A program made the position numbers and the translations under genes. 64,000 nucleotides of DNA. It comes from Malacoraja senta (lineage: Eukaryota). A model generated the notes under the pieces. That model saw only the letters and a list, made by a program, of their open reading frames with translations. It searched no databases and was not told the origin of the DNA. Location of the stretch: positions 21,144,001 through 21,208,000 of the forward strand of contig CM075988.1 in the NCBI GenBank assembly GCA_038087875.1. Direction: 5' to 3'. This document shows, piece after piece, positions 52,941-64,000 of this stretch; position 1 is the first letter of the stretch; each line of letters opens with the position of its first letter.

Positions 52941-53756
52941 CTGGTTCTATGGTTGATGAAGCCTTGTTCTCTGCCCTACTGGCACCATTTTTCTCCAGAT
53001 TGCAGCACCTGCAGTCTCTCTTGTATATCCATTTTCACCCTCTGGCAGCTAAGAAAAGCTGCTAATCGATGAAGGGCTCTGGTAACATCAACTTCGTGTT
53101 TCCGGATTGAGAAAGTGTACTCTATTTGCAGCAGCAGATGAGAGAAAGGATGGATTGTGTGAGTCATGTTTTCGTACAAGTGTTAAAAATCAGAATGCGG
53201 AGGCGTGCTTAATTTGTAGAGGTTGCTTTGCCTGTTGTCGGGCAACTGAACCATCCTACCAACAACGAGAGAGCAGTCCTGAACGATTATCTACTTCATT
53301 TGAGACCCTCGGACCATCTTGGATCAGATTTTACTGGACTTTATCTTGCACTAAATGTTATTCTCTTTATCACGTGTCTGTACACTGTAAATTACTCGAT
53401 TGTAACCATGTATTGTCTTTCCGCTGACTGGCTAGCACGCACCAAAAGCTTTTCACTGTAGCTCGGTACATGTGGCAATAAACTAAACTCAAACTCAAGG
53501 CTCTTCTCAGCTGGATGGTTTGTATTTTAAATTGATTTTCAGTCTGGTGACCCCCGTGAGGGGGGGGGGGGGAGGGGGTGGACCGCCCACGTGTGGGGGA
53601 CGTAGAACAATGGACAACGGTACCCGGCGTGGAGGGACCGCCGTGAGGGGGGGAGAACACAGGGGGAACTGTGGTGGTGGGGGGGGGGGGAGGATTTGTA
53701 ACTTTGTAAGCACCCTTTATGGACAATAAAGTATTTAATCATAATCACTCTTCCAG

Positions 53757-53928
53757 AGACCCCATCTGCCCCGGCAGTCCTGGACACCGGCTCCCTACTC
53801 CTCCTCGGCTCAGATTGAGGTTGGGGAACCCGAGTCCACTGGTGGCGTGCCAGTCCTGAATTATTTCGTTGAGTGGAGAGCCCAGGATACTGATGGGTGG
53901 CAGAAGAAGAATGCAGATGCAAAGGAAG
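53757..53928 (+). CDS. NCAM1: NCAM1 exon, FN3-1 first half, with a +1 frameshift near 53786-53790. Corrected reading: ETPSAPAVLDT/APYSSSAQIEVGEPESTGGVPVLNYFVEWRAQDTDGWQKKNADAKE
   Basis: ttccag|AG acceptor, G|gtgagt donor, 172 nt. Homology to TPSSP...PYSS...EPEATGGVP...DAKE needs one base removed. Confidence 0.92.
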
Positions 53929-53957
53929 GTGAGTAAAGGCAGGCAACTGGGAGAGGG

Positions 53958-54800
53958 GATGCAGGCACAAGGAACTGCAGATGCTGGTTTACAACAAAAA
54001 AAAAAGACACAGAGTGCTGGAGTTACTCAATGGGCCAGGCAGCATCGCTGGAGATAGACGCAAAGCGCTGGAGTAGCTCAGCGGGCCAGGCAGCATCTCT
54101 GGAGAATAAGGATGGTTGACATTTTGGGTCGGGACCCTTCTTCAGTGGGAAAAGGGGTGAGGGGGGGGGGGGGTGAAGAGCTGGAGGCAAGAAAAGACAA
54201 GGACCCATCAGGGCTGGCCACAAATGACCTCAGGCAGGGTGGTGCCTGGTAGGCCCATATTTGACTAGGGAAGATGTGATCTCAAGAGGCCAACAGTGTG
54301 GAGAACTGTGGACGTACAACAACTAGGGTGGCGGGAGGGGGGAGGTTTAAGTAGAAGTTACTTATAATTAGAGAAGTCAATATTCATACCGCTGGGGTGT
54401 AGCTACCCAAACAAAATATGAGGTGCTGTTCCTCCAATTTGCGTGTGGCCTCACTCTGGCAGTGGAGGAGGCCCAGGACAGTTAGGTCAGTGTGGGAATG
54501 GGAAGGGGGAGTTTAAATGGTTGGTAGCCGGGAGACCCCACAGGCCTAGGTGGACCGGACGTAAGTGTCCAGCGAAACGGTACGCCGAGTCTACGCTTGG
54601 TCTTTCCGATGTAAGGCCCGAGCCTACCTCTAGAACACCAACGAGGTACACGTGAACCTCTGTCTCACCTGAAAGGAATGTCGGGGTCCCTGGATGGAAT
54701 CAGGGGAGGAGGTAGAAGGACAGGTGTTGCATCTCCTGCGGTTGCAGGGGGAAGTACCTGGGGCAGACAGCGGTTTGGGTGGGAAGGGATGAGTGAACCA
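53958..54800 (-). mobile_element. Penelope-like element 3' fragment: Cys-rich linker, GIY-YIG endonuclease and terminal unit
   Basis: Minus strand gives degraded PCNRRRCNTC...YIG.TKRRLG.RF...RKLEEQHLIF...GMNIDFSN, followed by the terminal CAGCATCTGCAGTTCC unit. Confidence 0.8.
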
Positions 54801-57096
54801 AGGAGTTGCAGAAAGGCAGAAAGGGTGAAGATAGACACAAGATGCTGGAGTAACTCATCGGGACAGGCAGCATCTCTGGAGTGAAGGAACGGGTGACCGA
54901 TGGGAAGAAGTGATTAGTGGTGGGATCCCTTAGGAGGCGAAGACCAATAATTGTAGAGGGAGTGTTCAAGAAGGAACTGCAGATGCTGGAAAATCGAAGG
55001 TAGACAAAAGTGCTGGGAGAAACTCAGCGGGTGCAGCAGCATCTATGGAGCGAAGGAAATGGGCAACGTTTTGGGCCGAAACCCTTCTTCAGAGGGAGTG
55101 CGACTCCCTAAATGTCTCTAAAATTTATGACTTGAATCATTCTTGAAAAACAATGTGTGAAGATACAGACCAGAATGGAGGGAAAACACTAAACAAGTAC
55201 GTACAGATATAAAGAGACGTACAGCATGGAAACAGGCCCTTCGGCCCAACTTGCCCACGCCGACCAACATGCCCCATCTAAACTAGTCCCACCTGCCTGC
55301 ATTTGGCCCTTGTCTCTCCAAACCTGTCCTATCCATGTACCTGTCCAAATGTTTCTTAAACGTTGTGATAGTACATGCCACAACTACCTCCTCCGGCAGC
55401 TCATACACCCACCACCCCTTGTGTAAAAGGTTACCCCTCAGGTTCCCATTAAATCTTTCCCCTGCCCCCCTCACCCCCCCTCACCATTAACCCATGTCCT
55501 TGCAGATACAACTTGCATTTAATTGTCGCAGTGAAAATAAAGTGTTTGGCGCAGAAGGTGATAATAATATATTCCTTGCTCAGGAGACGGAGCAAGATAC
55601 TGTTGAGGAATCTCAGAAGGAAGGAATTCAGTCTGTAATTGTCTTGAAGCTCTGCATTTAAAGAAGTATTCTTTCACAACTGTTTTAATGAGTCTGCTAG
55701 TTTCTGCTGGCAGCAGTCCAGATCACTAGGCGACACACACCTCGTTATAAACCTTAAAATCGGTTCACTCCAAAGGTGAGTGTCATAATGAGGACTCGGC
55801 AGAAGTAGCTTATTGACCTAAAAGCAGCATGAATAACATTTGAACAAGGCCGCAGTTGAAGATGTACTCCGGCATTCCTGCTAACTAGTGATCGCGTACA
55901 GAAAGTTTTATGCTTCTCAAATTCCGTGACCTTTCCAACTCATTGGGAGTATTTAACTTGGCCGCGGATCTCGACAACTGAAATCAGTTAGCATGTTTAT
56001 GACAGCTCGCTCTGTACAAGTTGCCCTGGATTTCTGCCTTGAGATCCGTTAGGAATGTCCCTCTTCAATTAAGTTGGAATAGTTTACCATGCCTTACTGC
56101 GGCAGGAATGTTACATGGATAGACAATAGACAATAGGTGCTGGAGTAGTCCATTCGGCCCTTCGAGCCAGCACCGACATTCAATATGATCATGGCTGATC
56201 ATCCCCAATCAGTACCCCGTTCCTGCCTTCTCACCGTATCCCCTGACTCCGCTATCTTTAAGAGCCCTATCTAGCTCTCTCTTGAAAGTATCCAGAGGAC
56301 CTGCCTCCACCGCCCTCTGAGGCAGAGAATTCCACAGACTCACAACTCTCTGTGTGGAAAAAGTTAGGACAGGTTTGTAGGGACGTGGGCCAAATGCAGG
56401 CAGGTGGGACTAGTGTAGATGGGGCATGTTGGCTGGCGTGGGCAAGTTGGGCCGAAGGGCCTGTTTCCAGGCTGTGTGACTCTATGACGCTCTAAATAAA
56501 ACGCACAAGAGCAGATGGATGGGCGTGAGTAGATAAACACAACCCAGTGCCTGGCATGGGCCATGGTAATGATAGGGATAGAACATAGATCAGTACAGGG
56601 CAGGAGCGGAACTTTGGCCCACAATGTCTGTGCCAAACATGATGCTTCGTTAAAGTGATCGCATCTGCCTGCACGTGATCCATATCCCTCTATTCCATGT
56701 GCCTACCTAAAAGCCACTTAAATGCCACTATCGTATCTGCCTCCACCCCTTGGCAATGTGTTCCAGGCCCCCACCACAAAAACAATTTGCCCCGCACCTC
56801 TCCATTAAACTTTACCCTCTCTGCCCGCTAGCCTTGGACATTTCTGCCGTGGGAGAAAGGTTCTGACTGTCTACCTTATCCATATCTGCCATAATGTTGG
56901 ACACTTTTATCAGATTTCCCCTCAACCTTTAACCTTTCAGAGAAAACAATCCCAAGTCTATCCAATCGTTGAAACCCTCAAATCTAGGCAGCGTTCTGGT
57001 AAACCACCTCTGCACCCTCTCCAAAGCCTCCACGTCTCTCCTGCAATGGGGTGACCAGAACTGCATGCAGTACTCCAAATGCGTCCAAACTAAAAG

Positions 57097-57885
57097 AAGG
57101 GACTCGTTTTGCTGAACCCCTCCGCTCGGGCTGCCTAAACCTACCTGATCGCCCGGTTACTGAGCACTTTAACTCCCGCTCCCATTCCCAGACTGACCTT
57201 TCTGTCCTGGGCCTCCTCCATTGTCAGAGTGAGGCCCAGTGCAAATTGGAGGAACGGCACCTCATATTTCGCTTGGGTAGCTTACACCCCAGCAGTATGA
57301 ACATAGATACATAGATACATAGAAAATAGGTGCAGGAGTAGGCCATTCGGCCCTTCGAGCCTGCACTGTCATTCAATATGATCATGGCTGATCATGCAAA
57401 TCAGTATCCCGTACCTGCCTTCTCTCCATACCCCCTGATCCCTTTAGCCACAAGGGCCACATCTAACTCCCTCTTAAATATAGCCAATGAACTGGCCTCA
57501 ACTACCCTCTGTGGCAGAGAGTTCCAGAGATTCACCACTCTCTGTGTGAAAAATGTTTTTCTCATCTCGGTCTTAAAGGATTTCCCCCTTATCCTTAAGC
57601 TGTGACCCCTTGTCCTGGACTTCCCCAACATCGGGAACAATCTTCCTGCATCTAGCCTGAACATGGACTTCTCTGACTTCAAATAGCCCTTGCTTTCCCT
57701 CTCTCTCCATCCCTCCCCCTTCCCAGATCTCCTACCAGTCTTACTGTCTCCGACTACATTTTATCTCTGTCCCGCCCATTCCCCTGGCTTCAGTCTGAAG
57801 AAGGGTCTGGACTTGAAACATCACCCATTCCTTCTCTCTGGAGATGCCTCACTCGCTGAGTTACTCCAGCATTTTGTGTCTACCT
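57097..57885 (+). mobile_element. Penelope-like 3' fragment split by a minus-strand CR1 (about 57305-57657)
   Basis: RFAE...KLEERHLIFRLGSLHPSSMN is interrupted; TGAACAT is duplicated on both sides of the CR1. Confidence 0.8.
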
Positions 57886-58446
57886 TTAAAATCCTATAGA
57901 GTCGCATCGTGACTTCCAGCCTCTAATACCAGTGCCCCCAGCAATGAAGGCAAGCATAGCGTACGTCTACTTTGCCAGCCTATCTACTTGTGTTGCCACC
58001 CTCAGTGACTGATGAATTTGGACTCCAAGCCAATTCTGTACAATCTTCAAGCGCCACACAGATGCGAACCACTTTGTGTGTTTTTTTGCATTTGTTAACA
58101 TTTTAATCTTAAGCGATTTAAAAAATAAATGTCTCTAGCTATTTAGACAGAGTCACACACCATCCTGGCCTCACACTCATTTCACCCCTGCCATCGGGAA
58201 GAAGGTACAGGAGCCTGAAAACTGTAACGTCCAGGTTCAGGAACAGCTACTTCCCTACAGCCATCAGACTATTAAACACGACAACCTCATATAAGCTCTG
58301 AACTACATAGACTTGGGGGCATTGGTTTTGTCTTTTTGCACGATTATTGTTTGTTTATTTGTTTCTCTGTTTGCGTGCATGTATAATTATATAAACAAGA
58401 GAAAAATATATGAATATATATGTATATATAATATGTATAGATGTTA

Positions 58447-58483
<37 letters not shown>

Positions 58484-58606
58484 AAGAAGGGTCTCGACGC
58501 AAAACGTCGCCCATTCCTTCTCTCCAGAGATGCTGCCTCACCCGCTGAGTTACTCCAGCACTTTGTGCCTATCTTCGATTTAAACCAGCATCTGGAGTTC
58601 TTTCTG

Positions 58607-58719
<113 letters not shown>

Positions 58720-58956
58720 AATAAATAAATGAGAAATTGTTGAGTGCGTTGGTACATGTATATGTATACACACACACTGAACTTTTTTCCTTGTTTATTG
58801 TTTACAGTGTACTGTGTTTGCATATTCTGTTGTGCTGCTGCAAGTAAGAATTTCATTGTTCTATCTGGGACGTTTGACAATAAAACACTCTTGACTTGGG
58901 GGCAGGGTAACTCTCATTGCGCACATTTTCATAACGCTGCCCCCACTGTCTGCCAG

Positions 58957-59091
58957 TTCTAGGTGCCGACAATATCATCACTATCAGCGGGCTGCTTCCC
59001 GAGACCACGTACAGCCTGCGGCTATTCGCTGTCAATGGCAAGGGGACCGGTGACGCCAGCCAGATCATTAAGTTCAAGACACAGCCTATTC
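58957..59091 (+). CDS. NCAM1: NCAM1 exon, FN3-1 second half: (V)LGADNIITISGLLPETTYSLRLFAVNGKGTGDASQIIKFKTQPI; alternative start at 58963
   Basis: Acceptors tgccag| (58956) and ttctag| (58962), C|gtaagt donor; matches NCAM1 GLKPETTY...NGKG...FKTQPV. Confidence 0.95.
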
Positions 59092-61933
59092 GTAAGTACA
59101 AGATGGGTCTTTCATCACACCTTTCAAACCCACGGTTCAGAATGGATGAGAAAATGGGAGTGGTACTTTTGGCCTCATTAGCTTCAGCCTTGTGTTCAAT
59201 AACTGGTATTTTAGGGACCATTATGTGGTCAGATTGTTGTGTGTTCACCTCACCCCGATTAATTAATGGTGACAAATAATGCCCACAAAGTTCCGATACT
59301 GTTTGTTTTAATATATTACCTGTAAAGGACATTGCTTGTGTTGTGACTGCTACCTTTGCCGTGTTATTTAACGATACACGAGCTGAATGTTTTTCAATGT
59401 AAATTATGTGCCCTTTGAAGATGGAGTTATCTCTTCAATTGAAAGAGAATGGGAAAGCGGAGGCTCGAGCTCAAAGCCGGCGAGATGGAGGGAAATGTGT
59501 CATTTGTTCATATCATTTTGTATGAAAAGTCATTTCCTGAATGCCCTAAATACCGTGCATGGATCTTATCGATCGTGGATTTCGAACCGTGTTCGTTTGT
59601 TTAGGTGCTGGAGATAAGCCAGCTACACTGTTGCTGTGGGAAACTGCCTTCGAACCAATCTTGAGAAAGAAGATAAAAGACTTCTCTCTGAAGAAAAAGT
59701 AATTTCTGAAAATGAAGTGCAAATTGATGGGGGCTGATTATTGACCCTAATTTCACACCTAATTTGGCAGCCTTGGCTCGGAGAAATGCAGTTCTTTCAG
59801 CAGGCAGTGGCAGCAGGCAATGTGCTTGTTCTAGGAGTCTTCAGACGCAGCCTTCTGACAGAGGAGCCCAACCTTAACTGATGTTATTGACCTGAAAATC
59901 GAACGCAATGTGTCGTTCCTCGCGCCCTGGAAGGACAGGCATAACAAATCGTGATTTTGTGTCTTAGTCAGAAATTGCTTATTTAATTTGTTTGACAGCA
60001 TATCTACACCAAGGAATGACATATTACCCATTGCAGGCGATAGAGAGAACTCTAAAAGGGTTTATTCTTCACACTTTGGGCATGCTAAATCAATTTTTAC
60101 AATGTTCTTATTTGGTTATCGAGCTTATAGGCACCAAGTGCCTCGGTATTAGGTAATAGGTACCTTTTCAACACTTCAGAAACAACTGCCGTTGAACATG
60201 TTCAGCATTTGTGACCACTGTAGCGTTACTGGCTGTGTTTTATGGGCTTCAACATCTTGTAGTGTTCTGGTCTGCTGGCAACTAAAGAAGGCAGCCCAGC
60301 AGTGGGATACAGCGCCTCCACTTTCCCATTGATTGGTTTAGTTTACAGATAGAGCGTGGAAACAGGCCCTTCGGCCCATCGAGGCCACGCCGGCCAACAA
60401 TCCCCACACATTATCACTATCCCACACACACCAGGGACAATTTACAATTTTACCATGCCAATTCACCTGTGCGATTTTGGAGTGTGGGAGGAAACTGGTG
60501 CACCCAGAGAAAACCCACCCAGGTCCAGGGGAGGACGTACAAACTCTGTACAGGCAGCACCCGTAATCAGGATCGAACCCGGGCCTCTGGCACAGTAAAG
60601 ACCCATTCCTTCTCTTAGAGATGCTGCCTGTCCCGCTGAGTTCCTCCAGCATTTTGTGTCTATCTTTGGTGTAAACCGGCATCTGCAGTTCCTTCCTACA
60701 CAGGTGGATAGTAGTTGTTTGCCAAGTGACCCAAGCACTCAACTTTGCAAATAGCCATCGAGTTTTGGCTGATCCGCACAAGCTCGCTGGTTTTAATATC
60801 TTTGATTTGTTTAATGTTCTGCGAAGAGTGGGAGTAACTTTGTGTAGATGGCCATTAAGAAGATGAAGTCTCCAATTCATCAGCCGGGTGGGGGGGGGGG
60901 GGGGGGGGTTGCATCAGCTTCCTTGCTTAGAAAGCATAGCATGCACGGCAACAGGTGCCAGGGGACTGGGAAGGTAGACACTTAACCTTGCAATAAATTA
61001 GCATGACCTTGCATGTGTCACAGCTTTAGAAATGATTGTCTTCAATTAGTGTTTGAACACATCCCTTCATTGTGATATCCTTTCTTTACTGAATGTGCAG
61101 AGGTGTCAGGTTTCACAGCCAGATGAAAAGCATCACTAATCCATTCCAAAGGTAATTAGAGAGAACTATGTTGTTGCAGTTAACTGTTAAATGTAGAGTC
61201 TCCAACAAGGAATATCTAACACAGCATTGCAACCATTGCTACTGGCTGTTAACGCCAATTTTCTTCTAAGATCTTCAGGGCAACATTATAAATATTGATA
61301 AATTAGTGGTGATTTTTCAAAAATAAGATTCAGTAATATCCCCTCAATCCTTCATCTTGTTTGCCCACAATCCACAGACTCTCATTTAAACGTACGTTGT
61401 TGGTTGAGTTTCTGTCGCCAGCCCGATATCAACAAATCGATGGGTATGGATTAGCTGGTGAATTGTAAGTCTGAGTGTATCTCTTGCTGTCTGGGGAAAC
61501 AGTGAGTTACTGCCCGACACGTCTGATGTGCTGGCGGGTTTGTTGCCGGGTTGTGTCGGCTGTGGTCGGGAACACTGACAGGCAGCCATTTTAACGAAAG
61601 AAAGTCAGAACAAGGAACTGCATGTGCTGGTTTGCCAAAGAAAGGCACAGAGTGCTGGAGTAATTCAGCAGGGGATGAGGCAGCATCTCTTTTTGGGTCA
61701 GGACCCTTCTTCAGACGGATTACAGGAGTGTATATATTACAGGTATATATATAATATATATATATATATATGTGTGTGTAGGAAGGAACTGCAGATGCTG
61801 GTTTAAACCGAAGATATACCCAAAAAGCTGGAATAACAGGCAGCATCTCTGGAGAGAAGGGATGGGTGACGTTTTGTGTTGTGACCCTTCTTCAGATCCA
61901 ATATATATATATATGTTCAATATATATAGGCAC

Positions 61934-62348
61934 CAGGCACGTGCCGTCAGGGTAGGCAAGGTAGGCAGTGCTAACCGTTACTAAAATTAGAAAAAGGTTA
62001 TTATTAAATATAAATAGTAAAGATTTCCAATTCATTTACTAAATTCAGTATTTATTATTAAATGGTTATTATTTTAATAATCGATCTTAGGTAGGCATAA
62101 TTCTCCCGTGCCTTTCATCCGCAGTATGCGTAATACGAGTAACTATGTTCAACTCACGTGCCGTGGACGCTGCTTCAAGCCTCCACTTACAACGGGCAAT
62201 AAAGGCAGCTGAAATCCTACCTTTGCACCGTGGACTGAGCGCAAGGTGCTGCACATGGCCACAGGCGTGCGCGTTTTTTTTAACGATTTTTAAAGATCGA
62301 CTGACTGACCAGTGCCTGCCCTGAGTAATTACTCACGGCACGTGGCTG
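61934..62348. mobile_element. Putative hAT-like MITE
   Basis: Termini CAGGCACGTGCCGT and ACGGCACGTGGCTG; no recognisable TSD. Confidence 0.5.
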
Positions 62349-64000
62349 ACATACCCACACACGTACACATAAAAAACAAACAGTAGTCGTGCAAAAAGAC
62401 AAAACCAATGCCCCCAGGCAAACACAGGCCAGGTTTTTTTTTGATAGGTTGATTGTTGGACAAAGGCCAGAGTTGAAAGCAATCAGATGAGAGCCAAAAG
62501 GATAAAGAGTTGTGAATTGTGAATCTGGAGGAAGAAACGTAGGCAGAGGGGGAGAAACCCCATTTTGAAAATAGTCTACGCCTTTATTCCTTCTACCAAA
62601 ATGCATGACTGCACACTTTGCTACGCTGTATTCCATCTCCCACTTCTTTGCCCACTCCGCATGGTAAGATGTGCCAAGACCTAGCAACTGGAAAACAAAT
62701 TTGCATACAGCTGGAGTCACTCAGAGGGCCATGCACCATCTCTGGAGAGCATGAATAGTTGACAATTTGGATCTAGGAGATTCCCGACCTGTAACCTTGC
62801 CTGTTCATCTTCTCCAGAGATGCTGCCTGACCCTCTGAGTTACTCCAGCGGTTGGCGATTTTTTTTTATCTCCCATTTCCGAGGTCCTGACCTATCTTAT
62901 GTTATATTATGTTGAGTGGGCAATGAAGTGGCAGATGGAATACAGCAGAGCAAAGTGTGCAGTCACGCACTTTTTTTTTAGAAACCAACATTTGCAATTC
63001 CTTGTGTCTCTAAGGATCTGGGTGTTATTTTAGTTTAGTGCAGAGATACAACTTGGAAACAGGCTCTTCAGCCCACCAAGTCCGCGTCGACCAACGCTAA
63101 ACTGTACGCTCGTTCCGCGTTATCCCAGTTTCACATTCTACTCACTAGGGGGAGATTTACTGAGTCCGATTAACCTCCAAATCCGCATGTATTTAGGATG
63201 TGGAAGGATTGTGGATGATCAGCCATGATCACAATGAATGGCGGTGCAGGCTCGAAGGGCCAAACGGCCTCCTCCATGTACCTACCTATTTTTCTATGTT
63301 TTTATGAAACCCGGAGGAAACCCACGCGGTCATGGGGAGAACGTGCAAACTCTGTACAGACAGCACCCGTTGGGTCCCCCTTCATTCTTTGTGTCCCCCG
63401 CAGGGGCCCTTTTGTTCTCGACAGCCATTTAACAAGGAGATCCCGTGCGCAAGTCAGACTGGGTTTCATTCTCTGATAGCCCTATACTTGTGTTAGATAA
63501 ATAGTTCTATAAACAGCAGTTTATAAATAGTTTTCCTTTTATAGATCAACGGCAAAAGCTGAAATACACTGATTAAATCCAAGGCATTTTGAGGCTTTGG
63601 CATAGTCTATTAAACCAGGCTTCAGAAATAGCCATAAATTGCATCAATGTGTGTGTTGGACAGTTTAGAGCAGCTATTTGCAGACAAAACCATTCATCTG
63701 TCTGTATAAATGAGTCACTTTTTCGAAAATGAATCTGTTATGGGGGGGTTTTATTCCAGATTTTTTCCCCCAGCCTAATTTGCTATCTCATTACATTATA
63801 AACATCTTAGACGACAAAGGCAGTGATTTATGTCAGAGAGAAATGATGTAAAGTCTGGTTCGTTTCGTTCTCAATCACAGTTTGTATTTACATTGCAGTT
63901 AATTGCCATCCTGATGTTTCTCCACAAATTTTCAGCACTTTGCACAATATTGCTGACGGCAGTGGAAGGCAGATTTAGCCGAACATAAATGCAAGGTGTT

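Noticed and set aside
53757..53928. Programmed frameshifting, or whole-gene pseudogenisation
   Set aside because: No slippery heptamer is visible at the site, and all other exons and splice sites are intact, so a single indel is the simpler explanation.
55551..55560. CAG-AAG-GT as the NCAM1 AAG triplet exon
   Set aside because: It lies in the wrong intron (within FN3-1) and has no pyrimidine tract or strong donor.
63471..63495. ATAGCCCT as the 15-nt MSD1a (HSPPP) exon
   Set aside because: It is preceded by TG rather than AG, has no good donor and lacks the proline run.

Overview
This is vertebrate genomic DNA, almost certainly a cartilaginous fish (skate/ray inferred from HE1/V-SINE-like SINEs, CR1 3' fragments and Penelope-like ends). 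The whole window lies inside one plus-strand gene, NCAM1. Seven coding exons can be read by hand: the end of Ig4a (1-59), the 30-nt VASE micro-exon (18281-18310), Ig4b (39374-39524), Ig5a (44954-45138), Ig5b (46812-46908), FN3-1a (53757-53928) and FN3-1b (58957/58963-59091). The FN3-1a exon is 172 nt rather than 171, giving a +1 frameshift and an early TGA; this is either an assembly error or a null allele. The introns are dense with tRNA-derived SINEs, CR1, Rex-Babar and L1/Tx1 LINE ends, Penelope-like GIY-YIG fragments, and several MITEs. Two intronic themes stand out. First, a short Penelope-derived unit, often fold-back, carries a minimal hammerhead-ribozyme-like core and inserts with 10-16 bp target duplications. 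Second, there are at least five cases of short local sequence copied to another site 1-14 kb away (templated insertions). Nearly all ORFs in the supplied track are repeat-derived noise. Repeat boundaries are approximate and only representative copies are listed.
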